A DNA stretch of 64,000 nucleotides from a candidate division FCPU426 bacterium (lineage in GTDB: Bacteria > Oederibacteriota > Muellerivitia > Muellerivitales > Muellerivitaceae). The notes under the pieces are model-generated. The model was not told the DNA's origin. It ran no database searches and saw nothing but the letters and a program-made list of their open reading frames with translations. Where the stretch lies: contig CAWHOE010000006.1 of NCBI GenBank assembly GCA_963830915.1, forward strand, positions 64,001-128,000. The letters run 5' to 3'. Position 1 is the stretch's first letter; each line of letters starts with the position of its first letter. Made by a program: the position numbers and the translations under genes. Positions 1 to 11,083 of the stretch are shown here, one piece after another.

Positions 1-999
1 TTCTAACTTCTTGCGTTTCCCCTCCAAGGCTTCGATCAAGAGATCGGCGGCCTTCACGCCGATCTCAAACGCGGGCTGATGGACCGTGGTCAGGGGCGGG
101 TCGAAATAGTCCGCTTCCCGGATATCGTCATACCCTACCACCCGGATGTTCTCCGGCACCTTGATCCCCTGTTCCTTGAGGTACTGGATCGCGCCCACCG
201 CGACGATATCCCCCGCGGCGGAAAAGATGCCGTCGACCCTGGGGCGAAGCGCCAATATTTTCTTGGCCAATCCATAGCCTTCCTCATGATGGCGGTAATA
301 GGAGCTGAAAAAGAATTTTCCCCGCAAAGGCAAGCCCGCTTCCTTCAAGGCCTTCTGGCAGCCCGCCACCCGGTCGTTCATATAGGGCGCGCTCCAACCC
401 GCGATGACGGCGACGTTCCTCGCACCCCGGTCGATGAGATGCTGGCCCGCCAGTTTTCCCCCGTTCACGTTATCGATGGTGATGCTATCCGCGTAGGGGC
501 TGAAATATTCCGTCACGACCGCCGGGAATTGGGAATCCCTCAGGAATTTCATGGTCGCCTTGTCGAATCGTTGTCCTTGGAAGATCGCCCCGCCCACGAA
601 ATGCCGGATGATGATGTCATCCAGCGTCTTTTTGTTATCGGTCAGCTTCCCCTTCCAGTAGTTCCATTTGTTCAAGTGAAGGGTGTAATCGGTCCCGATC
701 AACCGTTCCTGGATGCCCAGGAAGGTATCAAAAGCGACCAGTGATTCCCGGTCGATCATGGAGAATAGGGCGATGGTGCTGATCTTTTTCCCGGACAGAC
801 TGCTGGCCGAAACATTTGGTTTATAACCCAGTGCGTTCGACGCGGCCAGGATCTTTTGGGCTGTTTGTTGGGAATAACCCCGGTTGATGTTTCGCAGTAC
901 CAGACTGACGGTGGAGATGGCCACGCCGGCCTTTTCCGCCACATCGAAAATGGTGACCGCTTGGCTTTTTTTTTGATTGTCAGGGACCGAGGGATTCAT
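1..999 (-). CDS. LacI-family transcriptional regulator (3' end runs off the window)
   Basis: Not in the ORF track because there is no stop in the window. Translation from ATG 999 gives MNPSVPDNQKKSQAVTIFDVAEKAGVAISTVSLVL...ALGYKPN (LacI HTH) and, near base 1, YFDPPLTTVHQPAFEIGVKAADLLI (sugar-binding domain). Confidence 0.93.
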   Translation of the reverse strand, partial: MNPSVPDNQKKSQAVTIFDVAEKAGVAISTVSLVLRNINRGYSQQTAQKILAASNALGYKPNVSASSLSGKKISTIALFSMIDRESLVAFDTFLGIQERLIGTDYTLHLNKWNYWKGKLTDNKKTLDDIIIRHFVGGAIFQGQRFDKATMKFLRDSQFPAVVTEYFSPYADSITIDNVNGGKLAGQHLIDRGARNVAVIAGWSAPYMNDRVAGCQKALKEAGLPLRGKFFFSSYYRHHEEGYGLAKKILALRPRVDGIFSAAGDIVAVGAIQYLKEQGIKVPENIRVVGYDDIREADYFDPPLTTVHQPAFEIGVKAADLLIEALEGKRKKLE

Positions 1000-1078
1000 G
1001 GGCGCCTTGATCTTCTTGATTCTGGGAACAATGGTGAAAAACGATCGGGGCCGGATCGACCGAGTCCACCCTTCCCGA

Positions 1079-4000
1079 TCATCTCAGAAGGATGAGCCTC
1101 TTCAATTTCTTATCGAAAGGCTCGACCAGGTAAAGGAGATAGACCCCGCTGGCGCAGGGTTGGCCGTACTTGTTCTTCCCGTCCCAGAAGTAGCTCTTCA
1201 TCACGACGTTCGTGATGGTTTGGGTCGGGTCCAGTTGGGTAATGGCCTCCCCCGCCGAATTGTAGACGCTCAATGAGTAAGGCCCGGGATAGCTGGAATA
1301 ACCAACGTAAATGGAAACACTCCCGTCGGTCGGGGGGTTGAAGACATTCTTGTTGACGTAGAACTCGTCGAAGGTAGGCAGGGTTGCCGTTGGCGTTGCG
1401 CTATTGGTAGGCGTGAAGGTTTGGGTGGGGGTAAATGTTGTCGTAGCCGTATCGGTCAAGGTGGGAGTCAGGGTCGCGGTCGGGGACATGGTGTTGGTAT
1501 TGGTATTGGTCGGAGTCGCGGTCTGCGTTGGGGAAAGGGTCTCGGTCGGGGTCAAGGTCATGGTGGGCGAAAGGGTCATGGTCGCGGTGTCCGTGATGGT
1601 CGGGGAGTTGGTGAAGGTATTGGTGATCAGGGGCGTGTTGGTGGCCGTATCGGTCGAGGTGGAGGTCGGGGTAACGGTGGCCGTATTGGTACCCGTGTCC
1701 GTCGGGGACGAGGTGGGCGTGACGGTCGCGGTGGATGTGGCCGTATTGGTGAAAGTGCTCGTAATGATGGAGGTGTTGGTCGCCGTATAGGTTGCCGTGG
1801 AGGTCGGGGTCAAGGTGGGAGTTTGGGTGGCCGTCATGGTCGGAGTGTTGGTGGCCGTGTTGGTATCCGTGAAGGTGGGGGTGCCACCCGAGATGGTCAC
1901 CACGGCGTCCGCTGAGAAAACCTGCCCGCCCAGGGGCACTTCCGTCGCCCAGTTGGTGACCGGGCCGGAGGGCGCGGAACCGCTGACCTGGGCAACCAGG
2001 GTGACCGAGACGGTCGTCCCGGCTGTAACCCCGGGCAAGTCCCAGGTAACCGGGTTGGTGGTCACAGCCGCCCCCGGGCTGGAAGAAACATAGGACAGAT
2101 TGGCCGGTAGAGCGTCGGTCAGGATGACCCCGACCTGGTTGGGGGTCCAGGAGAAGTCCTTATACTCGGGCTGATTGGCGCTGTGGTGCATGTCGAACCC
2201 GACCAATCCGGCATTGGGGAGTTGGTCGGTCGTGTCGGAAAGGGTGGCTTTGAGGACGCCGTCCTCGTAGACCATGAAGGTCGCCCCGCCGCGCGAGACC
2301 GTGAAAGAATGCCACTCGCTGCCATCGCTTTCGGTGGTCAGAAGGGTCACCGGAACGGAGGCAATGGTGGTGAAGCTGGAGCCGTTGTAATACTGCAGCG
2401 CGATGTAGTCACCCGGAAGATTGTAGGCCGCGTAGAACTCCACGCTATAGAACTTCCCCCCCTGGTAACCGAACTCGAACCCGTTGATATCGCCCTTGTT
2501 CACGTTGATGGTGGCGGCCATGGTACCGTTCACCCCGCTGGACCCGATGGCGTCCAGGTCGTCGGTGAAGTTGTAATTGGGCTTGATCATCCCGCCCGAT
2601 TCGGTCCAGATGCTGGCCTGGCCGTACTGGGATATCCATTTGCCCGCCAGGGACCCGGAGGAGAAATTATCCGTAACCGGCGCTCCCCCGCCGGTCGCCT
2701 CATAGGTCATGGTATAGGTGACATCGCTACCCGCCGATGCGCTGGTAGGATTGGCGGATTTCGCGAAGGGCGACGCCACCGTGACCGCGGCGTTATTGGA
2801 GAGGGTCACCTGGGCGTTGGAAGCGGAAGCCTGGGCGTTGTTGGGAATGACCGATCCAGGCACGGCGGTGACCGGTACCACCGCGCTATAGGTGATCTGG
2901 CCCTGCTGACCCCCCGCCAGAGTGCCGATATTCCAGGTCAGAAGATTTCCCGCCTGGGTCGCGGTCGGGTTGGAACTGAGATAGACCATCCCATCCTGAA
3001 GGGTGTCGGTCACGACGGTGTTCAAGGCGCTCACATTATCCCCGATACGGAAATTCCGGTACTCCGCCCCGCCCCCATCGTAGAAATAGCCGGCGTATCC
3101 GGGGGCCTCCGAATAGTTGGTCGGGTCCGAGCAAGTGAGCTTCAGAACCCCGTCGATATAGACCTGGAAAACGTAATTAGTCACCACCACGGTCTGGGTA
3201 TGCCAGGCATTCGGGGTGAACCCCGGTAAGGTCGCGTTCCCGCACACCTGAAGCCAGGTGGGGACTGTCTGGATATCCACGTGGTACATGCTGTCGGTGG
3301 TGTCATAGTAGACTTTTGACTTATAGCCTTTTCCCGTGCCAGGGTTATAGAGGAATAATAGGGACTCATTCCCCGAACCGCCCGAGCCCAACAGGAAATC
3401 CGTGGAATAGGTCGCGTTGGCGATGGGCCCGGTAGCGGTGTACCAGAGGTAATAATAGGGATTGCCCGGGTTCACCAGGTACCCGCTGGTATTGACCCAG
3501 GGGGGGTTGGCGTTATCCGTCTGCCAGTTGGGGAAGCTGGTGGCTCCCGTCCCATAATTGTTCTCCCAGCTCTCGAAGACATTGAGGGCTCCCGGAGTGT
3601 TGCTGGAATAATCGACCGTATAGACCACAGTGTCGCCCGGGGAGACCACATCCGGGCTGGCCGACTTCGTGATGTCCAGGACCGGGGCCACCACCGAAAC
3701 CGCCACCGTGTTGGAGTTGAGCGAACCGAACTCGTTGGCCGTCACCGTCGCCTGGTTGTTGATGACCTGACCATTGGTGAAGTTGTCGGTGACCGCCACG
3801 TCGAAATAGACCTGTTTCCCGCAGGATTGGAAGGACACGACCGCCCAGACCGCGTCCAGGTTCGAGGTGGAGGTCGCCGTCCCGTAATCATGCTCCATAT
3901 AAACGTGCAGGCGCTGGATCTTGTCGATGGTCCAGGTATCCAGGGCCGTGATATCCCAGGTGTCGGTGACCGGCCCCGCCTGTCCCTGCCCTCCGGTCAG

Positions 4001-4582
4001 GGTAACGGAAGCCAACTTGGTGGCGTCGATGCCGTCATCGTTGAACCCGGAAACCGTGCGGTCCCCGTTGGTTCCCGGCGCGAACCAGACGTAATAAAGC
4101 TTGAGGGAGGTCAGGGAGCTGATCGAATAGCCATTCAAGGGGGTGATATAGAACCAGTTGCTCTGGGAGGTGGTGAAGCTGTTCACGGTGGAGATAGCGT
4201 AGACCCCGTCGACGGACTGGGCCTGGGAATAGGTGCCCCATGCGCCCGCGGTGTCCTCCCAGACCTGGAGGGTGACCGTATTGCTGGAACAGGAAAGGTT
4301 TCCCAAATTCCAGGTCAGGGTGTTCCCCACCTGGGACCCGCCCGGGCTGGTGTCCACGATGGTCAAACCGGCCGGAACCACGTCACTGATGACCGTGTTG
4401 GTCGTCGAGCTTCCCGGGTTGTCATAGGTTAGGTAATAACGATAGGTATCCAGCACTTGTGGGGATACGTTATTGGCGGACTTCAACAGGGAGGGCGCCG
4501 CCCCCAGTAGGGTTGGTATCGCGAGGACACAAGCGCCGAACAATCCTCGAATGAATTTATGGGTTATTCTCGATTTCAACAT
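1079..4582 (-). CDS. Secreted multidomain surface protein: three DUF11-like domains with inserted beta-sandwich domains, Thr/Pro stalk, FlgD-Ig/T9SS-CTD-like C-terminus
   Basis: Signal peptide from MLKSRITHK (ATG 4582). DUF11 motifs (ITKSASPDVVSPGDTVVYTV, VVTDTL, LTWNIGTL). Roughly 170-aa T-x stalk. C-terminus YNSAGE...WDGKN...ASGVYL...KRLILLR. Confidence 0.85.
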   Translation of the reverse strand: MLKSRITHKFIRGLFGACVLAIPTLLGAAPSLLKSANNVSPQVLDTYRYYLTYDNPGSSTTNTVISDVVPAGLTIVDTSPGGSQVGNTLTWNLGNLSCSSNTVTLQVWEDTAGAWGTYSQAQSVDGVYAISTVNSFTTSQSNWFYITPLNGYSISSLTSLKLYYVWFAPGTNGDRTVSGFNDDGIDATKLASVTLTGGQGQAGPVTDTWDITALDTWTIDKIQRLHVYMEHDYGTATSTSNLDAVWAVVSFQSCGKQVYFDVAVTDNFTNGQVINNQATVTANEFGSLNSNTVAVSVVAPVLDITKSASPDVVSPGDTVVYTVDYSSNTPGALNVFESWENNYGTGATSFPNWQTDNANPPWVNTSGYLVNPGNPYYYLWYTATGPIANATYSTDFLLGSGGSGNESLLFLYNPGTGKGYKSKVYYDTTDSMYHVDIQTVPTWLQVCGNATLPGFTPNAWHTQTVVVTNYVFQVYIDGVLKLTCSDPTNYSEAPGYAGYFYDGGGAEYRNFRIGDNVSALNTVVTDTLQDGMVYLSSNPTATQAGNLLTWNIGTLAGGQQGQITYSAVVPVTAVPGSVIPNNAQASASNAQVTLSNNAAVTVASPFAKSANPTSASAGSDVTYTMTYEATGGGAPVTDNFSSGSLAGKWISQYGQASIWTESGGMIKPNYNFTDDLDAIGSSGVNGTMAATINVNKGDINGFEFGYQGGKFYSVEFYAAYNLPGDYIALQYYNGSSFTTIASVPVTLLTTESDGSEWHSFTVSRGGATFMVYEDGVLKATLSDTTDQLPNAGLVGFDMHHSANQPEYKDFSWTPNQVGVILTDALPANLSYVSSSPGAAVTTNPVTWDLPGVTAGTTVSVTLVAQVSGSAPSGPVTNWATEVPLGGQVFSADAVVTISGGTPTFTDTNTATNTPTMTATQTPTLTPTSTATYTATNTSIITSTFTNTATSTATVTPTSSPTDTGTNTATVTPTSTSTDTATNTPLITNTFTNSPTITDTATMTLSPTMTLTPTETLSPTQTATPTNTNTNTMSPTATLTPTLTDTATTTFTPTQTFTPTNSATPTATLPTFDEFYVNKNVFNPPTDGSVSIYVGYSSYPGPYSLSVYNSAGEAITQLDPTQTITNVVMKSYFWDGKNKYGQPCASGVYLLYLVEPFDKKLKRLILLR

Positions 4583-4797
4583 TTTTTCTTTTCCAGGATT
4601 CGGCGGAAAACCGGGCTGCCGACCTACCAAGAATATATTCTGATGCTCTTGACGCTTAAGAACCTCATGAATAAAGGATATCCGTTATTTTTTTGCGGGA
4701 TTTATTCTAGTCCAAAATCGGGCTTATCCAGAACAAAACCGGCGCAAAACAAGATCGTTTATCATGGGAACGAAAAATGGAAGCGTTACCAGACCTA

Positions 4798-7327
4798 TCA
4801 TCTTAGCAAGATAAGTCGTTTCAACTTCTTGTCGAAAGGCTCGACCAGGTAAAGGAGATAGACCCCGCTGGCGCAAGGTTGGCCGTACCTGTTCTTCCCG
4901 TCCCAGAAATAACTCTTCATCACGACGTTCGTGATGGTTTGGGTCGGGTCCAGTTGAGTGATAGCCTCTCCCGCCGAGTTGTAAACGCACAGCGAGTAAG
5001 GCCCGGGATAGCTGGAATAGCCAACGTAAATGGAAACACTCCCATCGGTCGGGGGGTTGAAGACGTTCTTGTTGACGTAGAATTCATCGAATGTGGGAAG
5101 AGTCGCGGTCGGGGTTGGGCTATTGGTAGGCGTGAAAGTCTGGGTGGGCGTCAAGGTCGTGGTGGCCGTATCGGTGAGGGTCGGTGTGAGGGTCGCGGTC
5201 GCGGTCATGGTATTGGTGTTGGTGTTGGTATTGGTGGGGGTCGAAGTCGGGGATAATGTCTCGGTTGGGGTATAGGTCAGGGTCGGCGAAAGGGTCAGGG
5301 TCGCCGTATTGGTGTTCGTGGGGGTATTGGTCGGTGTATCGGTATCGGTGATGGTCGGGGAGTTGGTGAAGGTATTGGTGATCAAAGGGGTATTGGTGGC
5401 GCTATTGGTCATGGTGTTGGTGGGCGTCAAGGTGGCGCTGTTGGTGGCCGTATTGGTCGCGGTCAAAGTTGGCGTGACAGTCATGGTATTGGTCGCCGAG
5501 TTGGTGGCTGTATTAGTGGGGGTATTAGTCGGCGTAACGGTAAAGGTATCGGTGGCACAGCCCGAAATATTGGTCGTCACGGCGTTGGAAGTGACAGGAG
5601 CGGCCATGGATGTGGAATTAATGACCGCCATGTTGGTAATGGGGGCTCCGCAGGCGCCCACCAAACCCCACCAGGAAACCGCTGAGGATTCGCCGCAGGT
5701 CGAGCCGACCGTCCAGGAAACGACCCCACCCGACTCGGACCCTCCGGCGCTGCAACCCTGGTAGGTCACGTTAGAGGGTACGTTGTCCGTGATAACAGGG
5801 GCGTTCACCCCCTGGGTTGTGAAGATCATCAAGTTGTCGAATTTGACCGGCCCGCGGTTGGCTTGGAAACCTGCGAAACCGGCCGCCGTGGGCGCGCTGG
5901 CGCCGGTGTAATTGATATCCCAAGCCCCAGGTTCCAGGCTTCCCTTCGGCCAGACTTTCATCATGACCTGGCCGGCGCAAACCTGGGTCTTGACCGTGTA
6001 CCAGGTATCCTCCTGCACATCGCCCATGTTCGGAGGGGATTTGAAAGCCACATTGCCTCCGCCAATATCGAAACCCAATACGTCGCTGCTCGCGCTATTT
6101 CCACCCTTTTGGCCTGAGATACGGGCCTGGTAAACAGTGGTCACTCCCGCGCTGACCTGGATGTTGAAATTGAACACGGCGTCGAAGTTATTACAGTCCT
6201 GGGACGAGACCTGCATATCCATGATATAGACCCCGTAAAGGATCGGGGCCATGGAAGTGTCCTCTAAATAGGGATAGGTGGTGCAGGTCGAGCAGGACTG
6301 GTTCTCCTCAAGATAGCCGTTCGTGGCGTCCCATCCGCAACCCGTCGAGGTCCAGGCCGGGGGGATGACATCGTTATCAAAGTTCTCGAAGGTCTCCAAG
6401 GCCAAACCGCTGTTGTTGTAGTTCATCACATAGGTGATGGGTGTCCCCGTATCCACTGAGACAGGCGCGCTTTTGGTAATGGTCAACACGGGGACGGAAA
6501 CCCCGACTGGCGCGTCATTGGACGTGGTATTGACCTCGGTACTCGTGGCGTTAGCCGTATTGTGGAAAACCTGGCCCGCTGTGGCGGAACCACTGACGGT
6601 GGCGAGGAAAGAAACGTAGTTGTTCACGGGCGAGGTGATATTCCCGATGTTCCAAGTGAGGTTCTGACCCGCTTGGGTACCGCCGTTAAATACCGATACG
6701 ATGGTGAAGTTCGGGTCCACCGCGTCCGTGATCACCACATTGTGGACGTTGGACGCGCTGTAATTGATGGTAAAGAGCACCTCGCCCCCTGGACTGGCGG
6801 TGGAACCTTCCGCGACTTTGTTGAGCGTGATATAGGGAGCGGGCAAGGGAATGGTGAACGAGGTGTCGTTCTGCTGATCCACCGAGACCGAAGGATTCAT
6901 GAAGAACGTTGTAGTCCTTCATCCCCACGATGACGTAATAAGTGAAACCGGGAGTCAAGGTGGCGGGAACGGTAACGGTGGTACTGTAGGTGTTGGCGCC
7001 CGCTGGAACATTGCTTCCAACAGCGCACCCCCCGGATACTTGGCTAGTGGGGGCGCACCCATCTCCCAGAACGATCCATTGATTGGCGGTTCCCGCGGGC
7101 TGGAGGGTGGGGGATGTGCTGATCACGACAAGGGCGTGGGGATTGTTATATTGACTATCCACCGTATAGGTCCATGTGACCGTGATGACCTGACCCGGTA
7201 ATGGATTGGTGGGACTGATCGTTGGAGGGTTGACCGCGGTCACATTAGCCGCCCAAGCGGATATGTTGCCCATCAATAAGGCCACCATGCTAAAAACGAT
7301 AAAAGTAATAAAGAATTTCAGTTTCAT
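4798..7327 (-). CDS. Secreted DUF11/jelly-roll/Thr-stalk/CTD protein, split by a one-base insertion at about 6905
   Basis: ORF 6686-7327 (signal peptide [18 protein letters not shown]...AWA) joins ORF 4798-6900 if one base is removed (...[15 protein letters not shown]...), giving 842 aa. The C-terminal domain is nearly identical to that of 1079-4582. Confidence 0.8.
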
Positions 7328-7472
7328 TGAAATATCGATCCCTCAAAGATCAAAGATGAACGGGAGCCGGTTTTCCCGTTAAATCCTGCCCGTTTAACGT
7401 TCATTGAATTTTACACCATAAAAGAAGAAGGTGCAATTTAGTCCGCACCTCAACGCTTCCAATGTTTGTTAA

Positions 7473-10400
7473 TCACCGCAAAATCAATAGTTTGGCAATG
7501 CTTCGTCCCGATGAGGTGTGAACCACCACGTAATAAAGCCCGCTGGCCAAAGGCTTATTCGATTTATCCACCAACTCCAGTGGACAATCCGTTCCGGCCG
7601 GAACCTGTGAATAGAATTTATCCTGGACCTTTCGAAATGCCAGGGTGAATATCTGCACTTTCACGTCCGAGGTCCCGTAGTAGGAAGGGGGCCGTAATCG
7701 GACCGGGACCGTCCCATCCGCTGGATTGGGATAGACCACCGGCAGGCTATAAGGGGGCGGGGTCAAGGTAAGCGTTGGGGTAATGGTAAAGGTCGGACTA
7801 TAGGTGGCTGTCTGGCTCGAGGTGAATGTCAGGGTGGGGGTGTTTGTGGGAGTGAAGGTGAAAGTGGATGTGGGAGTCCAAGTTTTCGTCGCCGTAGAGG
7901 TCGATGTGTAGGTAAGGGTGGCCGTATTGGTGAGGGTGGAAGTATCGGTCAAGGTAGCCGTATTGGTCGGGGTGTAACTCATGGTCGGGGTCGAGGTCAA
8001 GGTAGCGGTGGGAGTGACCGTGGGGGTAAGACTGGGTGTGTCGGTGTAGGTCAAAGTGAATGTGTTCGTTGGGGTCCTGGTATCGGTTGAAGTCGCCGTG
8101 TTCGTGGGGGTATAGGATGATGTCCAGGTATAAGTGAGCGTTGGGGTATAACTGGGGGTATTGGTATTGGTCAAGGTCGCGGTATTCGTGGGCGTACTGG
8201 TATCGGTCAGGGTAGCCGTGTTGGTAGGGGTTGAGGAGGCTGTACAGGTGAAAGTGAGCGTTGGGGTGTTGGAATCGGTCGGAGTATCTGTCAGGGTGGC
8301 GGTGTTCGTCGGAGTGGCTGAATCAGTATAGGTGGCGGTATTCGTCGGGGTCGAGGAGAATGTCGGGCTCAAGGTGAACGTGGGTGTATAACTGATCGTG
8401 GCAGTATCGGTCGCCGTGTTCGTATCTGTGGAAGTGGCGCTATTGGTCGATGTCGCGGTCGGCGTGTTTGTGGCGGTATCGGTCGGAGTGTCGGTAATCG
8501 TGGGAGTCAAAGTCGCCGTAAGGGTCGAAGTGTTGGTGGCGGTGTCCGTAGGGGTATTGGAATTCACCGGGGTGTTGGTGGCCGTGCGAGTGGAAGTAGG
8601 TGTCTCCGTACCGGTATTGGTCGATGAATAAGTGGCCGTCATGGAGTTGGTCGGGGTATTGGTGCTTGAGTTGGTCGCGGTGAAAGTGGATGTTTTCGTT
8701 GCGGTATTCGTTGCTGAATTGGTCGGTGTATTCGTGGGAGTATTGCTCGCTGTATTGGTGGCCGTATTTGTTGAACCAACCGTGAAGCTATTGGTCGGTG
8801 TGTTCGTTTGAGTTTTTGTCGCTGTATTGGTCACGGTGTTGGTAGAGGTATTCGTTGAAACAATCGTGAAGCTATTGGTAGGGGTATTCGTCGGGGTTTT
8901 GGTTGGGGTACTAGTGGCCGTATTGGTCCCTGTCAAGGTCAAGGTGAATGTGGGCGATGGGGTTTTTGTGGGTGTATTAGTGGCCGTATTCGTTGCCGTG
9001 AAGGTCATGGTTGAGGTGGGCGTAGTGGTAAAGGTGGGAGTATTCCCACAGGAACCAGTCGTAAAGGTCAACGCTCCCCCTATTTTAACCTCATCAATAT
9101 AGAAATAATCAGTGCTGTTAGGACGGGGGAAGTGGTTATAAACACCGATGTCGATATGCTCCAGAGGAGTTACCGCGTTAGTGGGCAATGGCCAGGAAAC
9201 CTTATTCCACCCCATATTCAGGGCAATGGTTGTGGCCTGGGTCGTGGTGGTGTAGGCGCCGTCCTGAACCTCGAAACGCATATAACTTTCGCCCGACCCC
9301 ATTTCCATGGTGGGATCAATATTAAAGGGAAGGTAGATCATGGCCGTAATGGTGGCCGGGTTGGAGAATGTCGCGCCGGCGCTATCGATACCCACATAGG
9401 CCCAATCATTATTGAAATTGGCGTTCACCTGCAGGCAGCCGCCCCCGTTGAAAGCCGTGGAATTGGTCCAACTAACCCCGACTACATCCCCCGCGTTCCA
9501 GCTGTTCACTCCCCATCCCTGGGCGCTGGAATCGAAATTGTAGGTCGCGTTCCCCGTCGCGGCTGGCAAGAAGTAAGAAAATTTGGGCGAATAAAGACTG
9601 ACGGCATCGGCGTTATCCACGGCCTTGATCTGCAAATGAGCCGTGGGCGGCACACCGCAAGGCGTCCAACTGAAACTCATAGTGCTGGCTCCCGAAACCA
9701 CCCCTCCAGGAATGGCTGTATCCGCTCCCCCGTCAGCTGTGTAATAGAGGGTGTAGGTGTGGGAAGCTGAATCCCCTCGGCTGATGAAGGTGATGGGGAT
9801 GGTGGTCGTGACCGAAGCGCCGTAATCCGGGCTCAGGAATCCCAAGGTATGGGTGCCGTCTGAATTATTGAAGATATTGTTGGTCTCGGTTTGCCAGGTG
9901 GACCATGCGGTATAGGCTGTGCCGGACTGGCTTTTAAGTCCCTCTCCCGTGTAATTGTCGTCGAAATACCAGAAGGCCCCGAAAAGTCCGACCCCGTAGG
10001 TTTCCAGCCAAGCTCTTTCATGAAAAATATCGGTCAGGGCCGCGGCCTGGGTGGCTTGGGTAAAAATACCCCCATCGGCGTTATTGGAGGACCAGTAGCC
10101 GAACAAGAGCGGTTTGCTGAATCGGGCTTTCAAGTATCGGGCGAAGGATAGGGCAAATTCTGCTTCCTCAGGAGCCGGGCAGGCCCAGGGATCCAGGGTG
10201 TTCGTATCTCCCGAACCTGACCGGCGGATCTCGTGGAAGTTGATGAAATCAGCATTGGCGATACAGCCGTTGAGGGATGGTTCCAGTTGATAGGCGCTAA
10301 CGTCATATCCCCAGTCCCCCGGACTGGGCCCGCATTTGACCTTACAGCCCGTGACTGCGTGAAGAGCGGTCATCATGGTGTTGATATGGGTAGCCCAAGT

Positions 10401-10961
10401 GGTGTCTTTGTAGGAACTACAGGCATTATCTTGGTTATATTCCGGTTCTAAAACCACGTACACCAGGCTCGCGGGCCTGCTCAAGCTGTTCAGCAACGGA
10501 ACAAGGCAGGTCGAAACCATCGTCTCGGAGTCTTGCCGACTCCCCGACCCAGTCAATAAACAGGGTGAATCACCCACCCAGTACCAAAAAATGACCGGTA
10601 TTTTGCCCGCGTCGATGACCGCTTGAATATCCGCGGGATGGATCCAATCGTTGCTGGAACTGCCCCCATCATCGGCTGGGAAATGACCGGTCCAGCCACC
10701 TGAATAACTGAACCATTGGGCTACAAAATCCGAAGGGACGCCATCGGTCGTCATGATCTGGTTCAGGGGAGCGTAAGTAGTGCCGCCGCTGGGTGGATTG
10801 AGTGTGCTGAATTTGTCCCCAGCGCCGACCAAAAAAGTTCCGTTGGCTTGGACGACCCCAACGCTCCCTATTATAAGGATGACACTATATAGAAGGACTC
10901 GAGGTATCCGGAGTTTTGAACGCACTGGCATTTTCCCTTTATTTAAAGGCATTCCAATCAT
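7473..10961 (-). CDS. Secreted putative glycoside-hydrolase-like barrel + CBM-like beta-sandwich + ~430-aa Thr stalk + T9SS type-A-like CTD
   Basis: Signal peptide (true start may be ATG 10952 or 10931). [25 protein letters not shown] and KPLL motifs resemble GH26/clan-A barrels. [10 protein letters not shown]...YFYIDEV is CBM-like. C-terminus VYPNP...IFTLAFRKV...LASGLYYV...KLLILR. Confidence 0.75.
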   Translation of the reverse strand: MIGMPLNKGKMPVRSKLRIPRVLLYSVILIIGSVGVVQANGTFLVGAGDKFSTLNPPSGGTTYAPLNQIMTTDGVPSDFVAQWFSYSGGWTGHFPADDGGSSSNDWIHPADIQAVIDAGKIPVIFWYWVGDSPCLLTGSGSRQDSETMVSTCLVPLLNSLSRPASLVYVVLEPEYNQDNACSSYKDTTWATHINTMMTALHAVTGCKVKCGPSPGDWGYDVSAYQLEPSLNGCIANADFINFHEIRRSGSGDTNTLDPWACPAPEEAEFALSFARYLKARFSKPLLFGYWSSNNADGGIFTQATQAAALTDIFHERAWLETYGVGLFGAFWYFDDNYTGEGLKSQSGTAYTAWSTWQTETNNIFNNSDGTHTLGFLSPDYGASVTTTIPITFISRGDSASHTYTLYYTADGGADTAIPGGVVSGASTMSFSWTPCGVPPTAHLQIKAVDNADAVSLYSPKFSYFLPAATGNATYNFDSSAQGWGVNSWNAGDVVGVSWTNSTAFNGGGCLQVNANFNNDWAYVGIDSAGATFSNPATITAMIYLPFNIDPTMEMGSGESYMRFEVQDGAYTTTTQATTIALNMGWNKVSWPLPTNAVTPLEHIDIGVYNHFPRPNSTDYFYIDEVKIGGALTFTTGSCGNTPTFTTTPTSTMTFTATNTATNTPTKTPSPTFTLTLTGTNTATSTPTKTPTNTPTNSFTIVSTNTSTNTVTNTATKTQTNTPTNSFTVGSTNTATNTASNTPTNTPTNSATNTATKTSTFTATNSSTNTPTNSMTATYSSTNTGTETPTSTRTATNTPVNSNTPTDTATNTSTLTATLTPTITDTPTDTATNTPTATSTNSATSTDTNTATDTATISYTPTFTLSPTFSSTPTNTATYTDSATPTNTATLTDTPTDSNTPTLTFTCTASSTPTNTATLTDTSTPTNTATLTNTNTPSYTPTLTYTWTSSYTPTNTATSTDTRTPTNTFTLTYTDTPSLTPTVTPTATLTSTPTMSYTPTNTATLTDTSTLTNTATLTYTSTSTATKTWTPTSTFTFTPTNTPTLTFTSSQTATYSPTFTITPTLTLTPPPYSLPVVYPNPADGTVPVRLRPPSYYGTSDVKVQIFTLAFRKVQDKFYSQVPAGTDCPLELVDKSNKPLASGLYYVVVHTSSGRSIAKLLILR

Positions 10962-11014
10962 TAAATCGTTTTAATGATTTAATGTTAAAATACCACTTTA
11001 TAAAGCTACGTCAA
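10956..11014 (-). promoter_or_regulatory. Sigma70-type promoter with downstream palindromic operator
   Basis: Minus strand reads TTGACG-N16-TATTTT with TGG just before the -10. It is followed by the near-perfect 24-bp palindrome AATCATTAAATCGTTTTAATGATT at 10956-10979. Confidence 0.6.
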
Positions 11015-11083
11015 GGCCCAGATAGCTATATTTTCAATAAAAATATGAATCTCCAATGGTCGTTATCGGTCTTTTGATCACAT

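Noticed and set aside
79..744. 221-aa plus-strand ORF
   Set aside because: Antisense to the LacI-family gene and without recognisable motifs.
1079..5400. Diversity-generating retroelement TR/VR pair
   Set aside because: Differences between the duplicated 3' ends are mostly synonymous and not adenine-specific, both copies are coding, and no reverse transcriptase is present.
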